A stretch of DNA of 62,265 nucleotides, counting the filler, from Pirum gemmata (lineage: Eukaryota), in assembly GCA_002812295.1 (NCBI GenBank). It is 21 parts of 21 records of this genome, joined end to end, with 100 filler letters (N's around TTAATTAATTAA, not from the genome) between each part and the next. Parts side by side here need not be neighbours in the genome. Positions count along the whole stretch, not along the records: positions 39,259 to 41,906 come from PDIN01005189.1; positions 42,007 to 45,123 come from PDIN01005190.1; positions 45,224 to 47,895 come from PDIN01005191.1; positions 47,996 to 51,572 come from PDIN01005192.1; positions 51,673 to 54,053 come from PDIN01005193.1; positions 54,154 to 56,798 come from PDIN01005194.1; 15 more parts are not named here. One strand, 5' to 3'. The notes beneath the pieces are model-generated. The model was not told the DNA's origin and ran no database searches. It saw only the letters and a program-made list of their open reading frames with translations. The position numbers and the translations under genes are program-made. This document shows positions 41,689 to 54,494 of this stretch, one piece after another. Numbering within the stretch: position 1 is the first letter of the stretch; every line of letters starts with the position of its first letter.

Positions 41689-42881
41689 TCTAGAAGATTT
41701 AATACAATATAAATGATTAAAAAATAGATGATAAAACAATTTTTTTAAAAAAACAACGAACACAACAAATACAATAATTTATTATTAATATTACTTTGTA
41801 TATGTATGTGTGTATGACATTGTTTTAATTTTTTTTTGTTTGTTTGTTTGTTTTTTACACTACTTTTTTTTTTATTATTCATTCCTTTTATATGAAAACG
41901 TAAATANNNNNNNNNNNNNNNNNNNNNNNNNNNNNNNNNNNNNNNNNNNNTTAATTAATTAANNNNNNNNNNNNNNNNNNNNNNNNNNNNNNNNNNNNNN
42001 NNNNNNTCGTCTCCTAGTAAAAGTAATAATGTAAATTTAAATAACGACAACAATAATCTCGACTTAGGATACTACAACTATTAGAAACTGTACAGGAAAT
42101 TGGCGTTACGTAGTATTTGAAAAATCAGGCACTCTCATTGTTGTTTTGTCATTATAAAATATAAAATAAAGAGTAGTAAATTAATACTACATAAATCCAT
42201 ATTTTATTATCTATTTATTCATTTAAAAACGTCAAATTAAATATTATAACCAACCAAATAAATATTAATTTAGAGTTACGAAATAAATGAACCATGAAGG
42301 ACATCACCTAATCATACCTATGCCTCTTTGCCCCAAACAGTTTTGGTCATATTTTTAAATTTCGTTTTAATAATTAATTACTGCCTAAAACAGTTTAAGT
42401 CACACTTTCGAGCAATGACTTCTATCAAAGAATAAGTGACGTCGATAGACTATGTTTTTTTTAAAAAAATATTCTTTTCTTTTNACCAATATGCAACAAG
42501 AACCAAGAAAAAGAAAACGATCTTCTTCTCCAAGAAAAAGAAAAAGAAAACGATCTTGATAATTGGTCTAGTAAAAAAAAACATTAATTTAGTACGAATA
42601 TTAATACCAAATTAAGAAACAAAAAAAAAAAAAAATTATTAATACTTAATTAGGTTCGAAATTATCAGATAAAGTTTAACAAAACTCATACAAAGACATT
42701 TCATTCTAAATATGTAGGGTATTTTTGTATTTTATTGGTAAATGTTTTGTAAATAGGACAACTTTACAAGATTTCCATTATTATTATTGGATAATAGCTT
42801 GAATTAATTTGAAAGGTTGTGATGTTGGTAAATTTTTAAATTATGGAATTCCTCCAGGGCAAGTAGAAGAAAATATGTTAA

Positions 42882-44118
42882 GAGTTAAAGCCAGACACAG
42901 ATGAAAAATTCAAAGAAATCTGGAAAAATTTAACAAAAGAAGATCAAATGGATTTACTTTTAGATAAAAATGCCCAGGATTTATTAAAAATATTCTCTAA
43001 CGATTTTGTTTACAATAACAATAAAACATTTAAGGATTTTTTCAAAACCGATTTAGTTAACAAACAAAACGAAAAAGACGAATTTTTGAACAAAACGAAA
43101 AAGGCAGAAAAAAAAGAATTTAATGATTTATTTTTTTGGCATTATCTTACCAATATGCAACAAGAACCAAGAAAAAGAAAACGATCTTCTTCTGCAATAA
43201 TGCAATAAAAAGAAAAAGAAAACGATCTTATTCTCCAAGAAAAAGAAAAAGAAAACGATCTTATTCTCCAAGAAAAGAAAAAGAAAACGATCTAGGTAAT
43301 TGGTCTAGTTTCTTTTTTTATTTTCTGACAACCTTACATTACCATTATTGGACTTTACAATATTTCCATTATTATTATTGGATAATGGACTAATAAAATA
43401 TAATTTTGGTATTTGTATTTTTATTGGTAATTTCTTTTGTAATTATAAGATTTCCATTATTATTATTGGATAAAAAAAAAAAAAAAAAAAAAAAAAATAA
43501 AAAAAAAATAAAAAAAAAAAATAAAAAAAAATTTAAAAAGAGCTAGATCTGAATCTTCAACTATGCCTAAAAGTTGGAATAAAAATTTATGGGAAAAAAA
43601 TACAAAATATTTTAGAGCATTAACAACAAAACATGTTAGAGTTAAAGCCGAACACATGTGAGTTAAAGCCGAACACACGTGATTTTTTCAAAAAAATCCG
43701 GGAAAATTTATCAATAGATGAGCAACTGGATTTTATTATTTATGATAAAGAGGCCCAGGAATTATATAAAATACCCAATAACAATTTTATTTACAGTGAT
43801 CTCGATATGTTTCAGGATTTTTTCAACCCCGATTTAGTTAACAAACAAAACGAAAAAGGCAAAATTTCCAAACCCGATTTAGTCAAAAAACAAAACGAAA
43901 AAGGCGAAATTTACAAACCCGATTTAGTTAACAAACAAAACTAAAAAGGCGAATGTTTGAACTAAAAAGGCGAATTTTTGAACAAAACGAAAAAGGAAGA
44001 AAAACAAGAATTTAATTATTTATTTTTTTGGCATTATCTAACCAATATGCAACAAGAACCAAGAAAAAGAAAACGATCTTCTTCTCCAAGAAAAAGAAAA
44101 AGAAAAAGATCTAGGTAA
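42882..44118 (+). pseudogene. Two paralogous disrupted ORFs (42882-43208, 43633-44118) ending in basic RKRKRS repeats
   Basis: Shared peptides ELKP(D/N)T...DLVNKQNEK...EF(ND/NY)LFFWHYLTNMQQEPRKRKRSSS. Internal stops and slippage duplications; a third 3' fragment at 42486-42570. Confidence 0.65.
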
Positions 44119-44375
44119 TTGGTCTTATTGGATAATAACTTGAAATAAATCAAAAATGGTAATTAATTTCCTCTAAAAAATATTATATAAGTTTTTTTCT
44201 ATCATTTTTCTAAATATATTTCAAATAAATAAAATTACCAATAAATAAAAAGAAAATGCATAGAAACATATGCATAGAAATTTAGAACGAATATTAACAA
44301 AAGCAAAAAATATTTATTAATACCAAATTAAGAAACAAAAAAAAAGTTAATTTTTCTCAGTTATTTTATTAATAC

Positions 44376-45080
44376 TTAATTAAGTTCGAAATTATCAGAT
44401 AAAGTTTTACAAAACTTATACAAAGTCATTTCATCTTCGTTATTTTCTTGTATAGCTTTATAACCCTTTCTTAAACCTTTTACTTCTATTCTACCACAAA
44501 AAGAATCCAAACTGCTTCCTAAATTTTTGACTTTTTCATAATCACAATAGTCTTTTGAATGCTTCCAATAATGCCATAATAGTATATAATTGCGAATAAT
44601 ATTAACATTATTACAAACTTCTTCTGTCCAATGAAGAAACAGATGATGACGGTCATTTTTATGTTTGTTCAGTAAAATTCCTAAATATAATTTGGGCTCG
44701 GAAGATAAAAAAACTTCGGACATAATAAATTTCACATATTGACCATCATTGTATTCTAATAATTGGACAATTTCCGAATCAAAATTAAAAATATCCTTTG
44801 ACAATTGGTCAGTAAGGAATTTGTTTTCACTTGCAATTTTCGAGCTAATTTTCGATCTTATCCAATTATGAACTTCATCTTCTGAATTATAAATCGTTTG
44901 GAACAACGTATTATACTTGTTATGATTTTTCTTAAGTTTAATGATCTTGTTGGTGAGCCAATTGTTGTCACGACTGTGTCTAGGGTATTTCTTTTTTAAT
45001 ATAGCCTTTGTAAAAGGGGTTGGACGAGCTGGGCGGCGAATCTTTTGAATTCGAACCAGAACTGAGGTGCTAATTATCAT
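44376..45080 (-). CDS. Orphan 234-aa intronless ORF
   Basis: 705-bp open complex frame in very AT-rich DNA. Its 3' end and flank are partly duplicated at about 42590-42705. No family recognised. Confidence 0.65.
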   Translation of the reverse strand: MIISTSVLVRIQKIRRPARPTPFTKAILKKKYPRHSRDNNWLTNKIIKLKKNHNKYNTLFQTIYNSEDEVHNWIRSKISSKIASENKFLTDQLSKDIFNFDSEIVQLLEYNDGQYVKFIMSEVFLSSEPKLYLGILLNKHKNDRHHLFLHWTEEVCNNVNIIRNYILLWHYWKHSKDYCDYEKVKNLGSSLDSFCGRIEVKGLRKGYKAIQENNEDEMTLYKFCKTLSDNFELN

Positions 45081-45090
45081 TTTGAATTAA

Positions 45091-45123
<33 letters not shown>

Positions 45124-45349
45124 NNNNNNNNNNNNNNNNNNNNNNNNNNNNNNNNNNNNNNNNNNNNTTAATTAATTAANNNNNNNNNNNNNNNNNNNNN
45201 NNNNNNNNNNNNNNNNNNNNNNNTGTTATTAAAAAAAGAAAGAAAAAAAGAAAAAATTGGGTTAGAGTTAGGGTTAGGGTTAGGGTTAGGGTTAGGGGTA
45301 GGGGTTAGAAAAAAAAAAAAGAAAAATATATATAGTAATATGTATATTT

Positions 45350-46242
45350 GGTTTTTTTGTTGTTGTGGTGGTGTACGGCTTTGAGCGGTGAGCATTGAGC
45401 AATGACTATGCAAGCAAGTAAATTGGAGCAGGAGAGGGACTTGTCTAGTCGCAGCTGGCCCAAAATCGGAGTTGGCTGGGTTGGTTTCTTTTTGCTTTTC
45501 TTGAAGCTTTGTCCTTCGAAAAGAGAAGGGTTAGCGTTGTAGTCGGCTATGGTTTGCTGTATCTTCGTGTTGTTATTGTAATTGGCCTTTACTAAATAGG
45601 TAAATATGATATTACGATGTCTTTTGATCTGTCAATGATAGGTGTCGTATTAGTTAGCTCGTAAAGTACTAGTGTTTTGTTAGAGATTTTGTTGAGTTTA
45701 GAGTTATCAGTTGCCAATCTGTTGATGTTGTTTTGTAAGACTTCAAATTTTTTCTGGGTTACTGCAGGTTTCATCATAAGTAAACCCAGGTCTGTCTGGT
45801 CTGCAAGTGGGCGAATAAGTGATTTGTAGGTGTTGGTGATAATTCTAGCATTAGCGCCCCATGACGTGAGTGCCTTTAAGTGCGTAGATGAACCTTGTCT
45901 TATTATGAATCCACTGAAGTAGTCTTGTAGCAAAGTTTTCAAAGGTGAATTTTGGATCAAAATAATAACCTGAGTTTAGGGTTGAGATAATAACCTGAGT
46001 TTAGGGTTGAGATTTCTGGCAATGGGGTGGTTGTTATAGTAGAGAATGATTTCTGGTGTGGTAACGCACGTAATCAAGTTTTTGGGAGGCTTATTTTCGT
46101 TTTTCATTTTTCCATCCATGTGGCAATTATGTTTAGCATCTTTTGCGCTGCAGTTTGTGATTTTTATTAGGGACAGTAAGGTACCTAATCCAGTGATGTC
46201 ATCAGCAAATAGGCCAATACTTCGGACAGATATGGGGGATCC
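45350..46242 (-). mobile_element. Decayed 5'-truncated non-LTR retrotransposon (LINE) ORF2: RT C-terminal half and thumb region
   Basis: In order on the minus strand, across frameshifts: GSPIS, LFADDI (FADD at 46209-46198), IATWMEK*KTKIS, GYYFDPKFTF, then LKALTSWGA...YKSLIRP...LQNNINRLAT. The last is the post-RT motif of I/Jockey/R1-type LINEs. The 3' boundary is approximate. Confidence 0.85.
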
Positions 46243-46656
46243 CTAACCCTAAACCCTAAACCCTAACCCTAACCCTAACCCTAACCCTAACCCTAACCAT
46301 AATCACAACCCTAACCCTAAATTATAGTTTATTTTAACAGACGTCTTGAATGGCATGAGCATCAAATTATCATACAATCAACAGGGAGTAGTTATACTAG
46401 AAACAGAAAAACTACAGAACTAACCCTAATCCTAACCTTAACCCTAACCTTAACCCTAACCTTAACCCTAACCTTAACCCTAACCTTAACCCTAACCTTA
46501 ATCTTAACCCTAACCCTAACCCTAACCCTAACCCTAACCCTAACCCTAATCCTAACCTTAACCCTAACCTTAACCCTAACCTTAACCCTAACCTTAACCC
46601 TAACCTTAACCCTAACCTTAACCCTAACCTTAACCCTAACCTTAATCTTAACCCTA
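46241..46656 (-). repeat. (CCCTAA)n and alternating CCCTAA/CCTTAA tracts
   Basis: Tracts at 46241-46320 and 46422-46656, the second with a 12-bp higher-order unit. Confidence 0.9.
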
Positions 46657-46878
46657 AAGTTAGAAACAGTATAGGGCCTAGGATGCCCTTTTGTGGTACG
46701 CCAGTTGTTGTTATTTTGTATTTTTTTGAAAAGACTTTTTAAAATTTTTTTTGATATTAATATTTAGTTTGGTAAGTTCTGTCTGTTAGGAAGTTCATAA
46801 GTAATGTAATAGTTATTTTAAACAGATTTGAAGTATTCGAACATATTATTATATAAAAATGTGGGATGTTTAAAAACT

Positions 46879-47066
46879 AGTAGGGGTGAGATATCTACTG
46901 CTAGATATCTACTGGAACTTTTTTCGAACAGATGCTTATCGAGCCAACCTTAGTTCCGTGTTTCTTACTAATAATAGCAGTTTAATAACTTAAAATAGTA
47001 ATCAATTATCAATTAAAGTAACAATATTAACATTAATAGTAATGAAAACGTCATCTCACCCCTACT
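46879..47066 (+). mobile_element. MITE family A, copy 4 (internally deleted)
   Basis: Both 14-bp TIRs intact; flanks TAAAAACT / TTAAAACT (7 of 8 match). It appears to interrupt a family H-like sequence. Confidence 0.85.
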
Positions 47067-47669
47067 TTAAAACTATTGGTAGTAAAGGACGTTTTTTTTT
47101 TTTCTTGGACTCCTTGACTTTTCTGGCTGAGAAAAACCAGCTGAAAAACCCTACCACTGGCAACTACAAATTAGGTAGATAACATTAAAAGTTACTAAAA
47201 AAGTAATAAAATAGTTAATACTTATTACTTAATTTGTCAATTTTACTCTTTAAAGTTAGCATATAAAGAATATTCACTCTTTAAAGTTACCATATAAAGA
47301 ATATTCACTCTTTAAAGTTACCATATAAAGAATATATAAAGAAAAAAACAAATACTATTATTAGTCTATCATTCTGTCTATCATTGTCTTATCATGTAGA
47401 ATACTCGTAGAACACTGGACTAGCTTATCTCAGAGACTACCTTATTAGTATAGTGTACTGAAAACAAAGGTTAAAAACGTCCAACTTTTGGGTTTCACTA
47501 TAATTTCAGTTTTCGAAAATAAGTAATGAAATAGTTAGTTATTAAATAGATTTGAAATATTCGAACATATTATATAAAAAAATGTGGGACTTTTTACTAG
47601 TAAAAAAAGTAGGGTGTTTTTTGATTATTTGCACCATAGGGTTATTAGTCTGCTAAAAGTGCTAAACTA

Positions 47670-47830
47670 GGTATGCAAACAATTTAAAAACGTCCAACTT
47701 TTGGGTTTCTTTAGAATTTTTAATGTTCGAATATTAGTATAGGTTTGAAATTTTCGAACATTAAAAAAGGCTTTTAATCTTTTTAATTAGTAAAAAAAAA
47801 GGTGGACGTTTTAAAAAATTGTTTGCACCA
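47670..47830. mobile_element. MITE family H
   Basis: Imperfect TIR TGCAAACAATTTAAAAACGTCCA / TGGACGTTTTAAAAAATTGTTTGCA. Related copies at about 47470-47638, 18460-18612 and 46760-46875. Confidence 0.6.
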
Positions 47831-48120
47831 ACGGATTTTTTTTATTTTTTTTATTTTATTATATAATTATTTTTTTTTTTTTTTTTAAAAAATATNNNNN
47901 NNNNNNNNNNNNNNNNNNNNNNNNNNNNNNNNNNNNNNNTTAATTAATTAANNNNNNNNNNNNNNNNNNNNNNNNNNNNNNNNNNNNNNNNNNNNTTAGG
48001 GTTAGGGTTAGGGTTAGGGTTAGGGTTAGGGTTAGGGTTAGAATATTATCATACTATCTGATAGATAGTCTACTATTCTACACAGTCTACAGTGACTCTA
48101 CACAAGTCTACACAATATAA

Positions 48121-48275
48121 GGGAGCGTTCAAATAATAGACTACGTCACGTCAAGGGATAGGTAGGTAGGTAGGTGGTATTTGACTGAGGGGTAGGAAGG
48201 TAGGGAGGGGTATTTGAAAGCTTATTTGAAGCTGTATTTAACCGGAAATTGGCGTCACGTAGTATTTGAACTCCC
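48121..48275 (+). mobile_element. MITE family B (short form) with canonical TAA target duplication
   Basis: TAA|GGGAGCGTTCAAATA ... TATTTGAACTCCC|TAA. Confidence 0.85.
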
Positions 48276-48538
48276 TAAAGAGTATCGATACAAAAAAAAA
48301 AAAAAAAAAAAAAAAACTGAAAAATAGACCCAAGTCCTAAGTAGACTACACAGCTCTAAGTACTCTCTAAGAGTTCTCTAAGTACGAATCTGTACGATAC
48401 GAGAATATCGATAGCTATTAAAATATCATACGTATAGCTAGAAAATCTTTTTGTACGATTATGATAGCTAGCAAGACTACTAGCTAGCTAGACTAGCTCG
48501 CTACTAGCTAGTAGCTAGCTAGGCTATACAGTTGCAGA

Positions 48539-48707
48539 TACAGTTGTCCTCTCAATCTTTTTTGGTACTATTTAAGTGTATAATTGAACTTGTTTATAAA
48601 ATACAACATTAAGTATAAAATACTAAATTAATTAAAACATGTCTGATAGTTTAGCCATAATAACAATTTGGTACGCTTATTTCAGTTTTTGAGCTGGACA
48701 ACACTAT
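48539..48707 (-). mobile_element. MITE family D copy
   Basis: Matches the family D consensus and ends CTGGACAACACTAT. Confidence 0.8.
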
Positions 48708-48863
48708 TAATTAAAAAACACAATATAATATTATCGTGTTTTTCAATAGTAAATCTATATTTTATGATTGTGATAATTATTACGCACACGTATAGTACTG
48801 ACGTATAGTACACAGAAATATTATCTACACGGTGATAGTACTGTGATAGTCTTGTAGTCTATA

Positions 48864-48930
<67 letters not shown>

Positions 48931-49508
48931 AAAAAAANAATAATAATAATAATAATAATGTTAATGTGATTTATGGTGACGCACTTAACGAAATTTGTCG
49001 TCATTTGTTGACGTAAGTATCGGTGTTATGACGAATTTCTGTTTACGGATTTGAAGGTGACAGAAAATTCTGTTTCCAATATAAACAATGACGACTAAAG
49101 GCCCCCTGGACACACGATATTTTTAGTAAATTCGGTAAAAAATACCTTGAAATATGGTAAGGATCAAGGACTTCAAGTTCTTTTTTTGAAGTCCTTGTAA
49201 AGATTCAAACAAAATTGGTAAAAAAAATACTTAGAAATTTTTCGTATTTTGTGATCGATGTACACGATTACTCGGTTTATATTATAATTATAGCTAATTC
49301 ACATTTTTTTATTGAGCATAATTCTATTACAAGTGTATATACATGTAAGGCAAATCTCTAATAAAATACAAAATTTTATTAAAAGAAGTTATGTCAGTGT
49401 TATGTCAATATTACAAGTATGTGCATATGTACAGTACAATATTCTAGGTACATTTTTTATGGCACGAAATAGTATTATTAATTAATAATAAAAAAAAATT
49501 ATGATAAA

Positions 49509-49560
<52 letters not shown>

Positions 49561-51910
49561 AAAAAAAAAAAAAAAAAAAATTATCGATATTTATAAAAAG
49601 AAAGTATCCATAGGAAAATACAGATAAACTGTTTTCAATAAATATAATACAAAAATAAATTAAGTATATTTACATGCAATTGTAAGGTGTTGTAAAAATG
49701 GCAAGAACGTTGACGCTTAGGTGCACAAATATAAAAAGTGTTAGAACAAGTATAAGAAAAAATCCTCCAGATATACCAATACAAAATGGAATTAATCATG
49801 AAGAAACCGTTAGAATTCATTCAGCCTCGTAAAAGTTAAAACTATCAGAAGAATACTAAGACGTGCTTGGTCATTCCGCGAATTGAAATCTAATTTTCTT
49901 CCTGCAACTAATGCTGCAAATAAAAGCAACCCTGAAGAAATTAATATCTTACCGAATGTAAGGGAAGAAGAAAATTTATTGTAAATGCAGCCATGGGACT
50001 AGAATCAATTTCCTACTTAAAAGTGAGTATTCTCAGTATGATATATATGCACGAAGGAGCTATTCAAAACTGGAAGTTACAAAGTCCTTTTTTACTTGCA
50101 CAATAAAACGAAACCGTTAACGGTTTACATTTTTTCGATTTTTGTCTAGAATTTTTTTTTTCTTAATTTTTTTTTTGTAATAATTATGTTATAATATACT
50201 AGTTTGAAATGCTATTTCAATAGTAATACTTACTAATGCCATTACCAATTTTTATAATACTAATTAATGTTATTGATATTGGTATTAATATTACTAATGA
50301 TTACTATAATATATTATTATATAGCTAATAACAATTTTAACTCTATTTTCATACATTGTAATATTATGTATGATTATTACCATCACCATGTACTGTTGCT
50401 ACTTTTTTATGATAAATATGGTCCAGTAGACAGCTAGACTAGGTAGTAGTTGATAGAGTACTAGCTAGCTAGCTAGTGTTGCACTGTTGATATACCGGTA
50501 ATAATATTATAATATATATATGGCGAAAATGACCATATATTATCATGTTAATAATATCATACACTACCGGTATTATACGCATACGTATAGTAAATAAATA
50601 CGTACTGCTGACAAAATCCTGCACAGTTGACCGGTATGAGGAGACCTACTACTAGCTAGCTAGCTAGTAGCTAGACTGACTACCTTGCTCATGTTTTTAC
50701 ATAGATAGACTCACAGACAAGTAGCATACTACTAATACTACTACTACTAGCTAGCCAGTAGCATAGACTAATACAATATAATATTAATATTATTATCGAT
50801 ATATTATTGTTATTATACCGGAGCTATACCGGTATTATTATATTAAAAATATATCATAATATATCAGTCATATAATAATATGATATATCAGATATAATAT
50901 TTTATAAACGATAAAAAGTATACATCAATCACATAATGTCGAAGTGTTTTTTATAATATTATATGTCATAGACAGTGATAGACTACGTAAACAATTACCG
51001 TTTTTTACGTACCGGTATATCTAGACTATCTATATCATGACTATATGAGACTATATCTATATAAAATATGAGTAATATATTGACACGAATCAGTCCAAGG
51101 ACTTCAAGTCCTTGATCAGTCACTGAGTCACACGATTATGACTCGATTATGTCAGATATTTATGATATTATAATGAATACTTTTTTTAAAAATTATGATA
51201 TTTAATTATAGATAGTCTAGCTACCAGACATAGATATTAAAAAAGAGTATAACTGTATAAGACCTGAGGCTGACGTATAAGTCGTATAAGTTTGTATAAC
51301 TGTTAGTATTGAGTTTTGGTAATGACATATTCGGTAATTTTAGTTACCTTTTGAAGATCCAACTTTTTAAAATGGAGCCTTTTTTTAAAAAAATTACCAT
51401 TTTTAAATTTTGCTCCTTAGGAATTTTTTTTCAGAAGGAATTTTTCACTAATTTTTCTAAGTAATTTTAATTGTAATTTTTTATCATGCTTCTCAGTTGT
51501 TTTGTCATCATAAAATATACAGTTAAAGAATACCAAATTAATAAAATATAAATCCATTTTATTTAATTTGGTNNNNNNNNNNNNNNNNNNNNNNNNNNNN
51601 NNNNNNNNNNNNNNNNTTAATTAATTAANNNNNNNNNNNNNNNNNNNNNNNNNNNNNNNNNNNNNNNNNNNNAACCCTAACCCTAACCCTAACCCTAATC
51701 CTAACCCTAACATTTTCATGTTTAACATTTTTGAACATTTTTTTAACATTTTTGAACATTTTCGGAATCTATTTAGTAATTATGAGGCTTTACAAATATA
51801 GATTTTCGAATCTGAAATTATTTTTCGAGTTTCACTGCATTTGAGTTTTGTTCTTTAAAAAAAATGCAGAAATACAACGAGCCCGAATATATACAACTTT
51901 CGGCATAGTG

Positions 51911-52364
51911 ACTAAAGTATAGGGCTAACTCGGATGACGTCATAATAATATATTTTTATTTTTATTTTTTATTAACCTCATTTCTCATTTACCCTACCTA
52001 ACCCCCCTCCAGACTAGCTAGCCCTATACTTTAGTAGGGAAGAGGGGGGTTCTCGTTTCTTCTACCTATAATAACTTATTTCCGAGGTTAATATATATAC
52101 GTCATCCGGGAGATACGGAAAAATATAATCGAATCAAACAGCTTGGTCCTAATTATTTAATAGTGACAATTTTGAAATGATAATCTTTTTTTTTTTCGAG
52201 TTTCAAGTTTTTTCTATGAAATTTCTAAGAATTTCTAAGAATTTTTAAATGAAATCAAAAGTGAGTCAATACTTAGAATTAGATCGAAAAATTTCGAAAG
52301 TTTCGAACTAGTCTCGATTCGATGGTTTTTCCCGAATCTCCCAGTACTAGCCCTATACTTTAGT
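51911..52364. mobile_element. Possible TIR element (17-bp inverted repeat ACTAAAGTATAGGGCTA)
   Basis: Motif at 51911-51927 with exact reverse complements at 52019-52035 and 52348-52364. No TSD seen. Confidence 0.5.
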
Positions 52365-52850
52365 TCTTATGCTTTCGGGGAAATCTAATTTATGTAAATT
52401 ATTTTTTCCATTTTCCCTTTTCGAATTTTCGAATTTTCGAATTTTCGATTACTTTTTTCGTTACATTTCGGTTATTTCTTCGGTTATTTTTTTTTTGGTT
52501 ATTTTTTCGGTTATTTTTTCGGTTATTTTTTTGGTTATTTTTTCGGTTATTTTCTGGTTATTTTTCGATTATGATGTTATCATTCGAATTTTCGAATTTT
52601 CGGTCATTTCTTGGTTACTTTTTCGGTTACTTTTCGGTTATTTTTCGGTTATTTTTTCGGTGGTTATTTTTCAGTTATTTTTCGGTTATTTTTTCAGTTA
52701 CTTTTTGGTTACGATGTTAACATTCGAATTTTCGAATTTTTGGTCATTTCTTGCTTACTTTTTCGGTTATTTTTCGATCATGATGTTAACATGTTTTCCT
52801 TTTTTATTATTCGTTTTTCCTAGCGTGTATTGAAAATTTGACATTTTTAG

Positions 52851-54013
52851 ATGATACTGCATTTACTTTTAGCGAAACTGTAACCGAGCCCGTTCGAAAT
52901 TATTTGAAAACAAATAATTCTAAATCCATAATGTCTTCTTTAAGAAGGTCATAAATGCGCTTTAACACTTACCCTATCATCACCCTATCATTACCCTATC
53001 AATACCCTATCAATACCCTATCATTACCCTATCATTACCCTATTCTTACCCTATTCTTACCCTATTCTTACCCTATTCTTACCTTATTCTTACCCTATTC
53101 TTACCCTAATCTTACCTTATTATTACCCTATTATTACCCTATTATTACCCTATCACTGCCCTATCATTACCCTATCATTACCCTTTCATTACCCTATCAT
53201 TACCCTATCATTACCCTATCATTACCCTGTCATTACCCTATCATTACCCTATCATTACCCTATCATTACCCTATCATTACCCTATCATTACCTATTCTTA
53301 CCCTATTCTTACCCTATTCTTACCCTATTCTTACCCTATTCTTACCCTATTCTTACCCTATTCTTACCCTATTCTTGCCCTATTCTTACCCTATTCTTAC
53401 CCTATTCTTACCCTATTCTTACCCTATTCTTACCCTATTCTTACCCTATTCTTACCCTATTCTTACCCTATTATTACCCTATTATTACCCTATTATTACC
53501 CTATTATTACCCTATTATTACCCTATTATTACCCTGTTCTTAACCTGTTCTGACCCTATTCTTACCCCCATACCATCCCGATTTTTAACCTATGTGAACC
53601 CTATAACCATAACCATAACCATAACCCCATAACCCCATAACCCCATAACCATAACCATAACACCATAACCCCATAACCCCATAACCATAACCATAACCAT
53701 AACCATAACCATAACCATAACCATAACCATAACCATAACCATAACCATAACCATAATCATAACCATAACCATAACCATAACCATAACCATAACCATAACC
53801 ATAACCATAACCATAACCATAACAATAACAATACCTATAATTATAACTATAACTATTATACTAATCCCAAACCCAAACCCTAACCCTAACCCTATTTAGG
53901 TCTTCGGTTATAATTGCCGATGTCGCCCTCATTGAACGGCAACAAGCAGCGGAAAAATTTGAAGAAGCTTTTAATAATGGTGAGAAAAATGGTGCATATC
54001 TTGAAATGGACAG
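52851..54013 (+). CDS. Two internal exons of an unknown gene (52851-52947, 53900-54013)
   Basis: AG/GT-bounded and phase-compatible: DTAFTFSETVTEPVRNYLKTNNSKSIMSSLR/RSSVIIADVALIERQQAAEKFEEAFNNGEKNGAYLEMD. Confidence 0.65.
52965..53830. repeat. Intronic 11-mer array (TTACCCTATCA / TTACCCTATTC) followed by (TAACCA)n
   Basis: Seen directly; it fills almost the whole inferred intron 52948-53899. Confidence 0.92.
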
Positions 54014-54455
54014 GTTGGATTTTATAAAAACCATATATATATATATATATATANNNNNNNNNNNNNNNNNNNNNNNNNNNNNNNNNNNNNNNNNNNNTTA
54101 ATTAATTAANNNNNNNNNNNNNNNNNNNNNNNNNNNNNNNNNNNNNNNNNNNNTTGACCAGAAATTGGCGTTACGTAGTATTTGAATTTTGAACGCGCTC
54201 CCTAATGATAAATAATATGATATTCATATGTATCAAAAAAAAAAAGTGATGTCACGTTTGCCAATAATTTGATGAGTGTTTAGACTATGACATACCATAT
54301 ATAGTAGCAATCATTTATCACCGATGCAACCAAAAGAGAACTCTCCCATTGCCAGCTGAGTGATTTACCTATTGATAGTTACATAACTTACATTGTAATA
54401 CTACTCATTTACACATTTTACAGTTCATTTACTGTGTATTTATAAATAGTATCAT

Positions 54456-54494
<39 letters not shown>

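Noticed and set aside
49097..50080. Harbinger-like end (TAAGGCCCCCTGGACACACG) followed by coding-like sequence
   Set aside because: No matching second end, and all frames are broken without a recognisable motif.
52955..53632. 225-aa PYSYPILTLFL repeat protein
   Set aside because: Translation of an 11-bp array lying inside an inferred intron.
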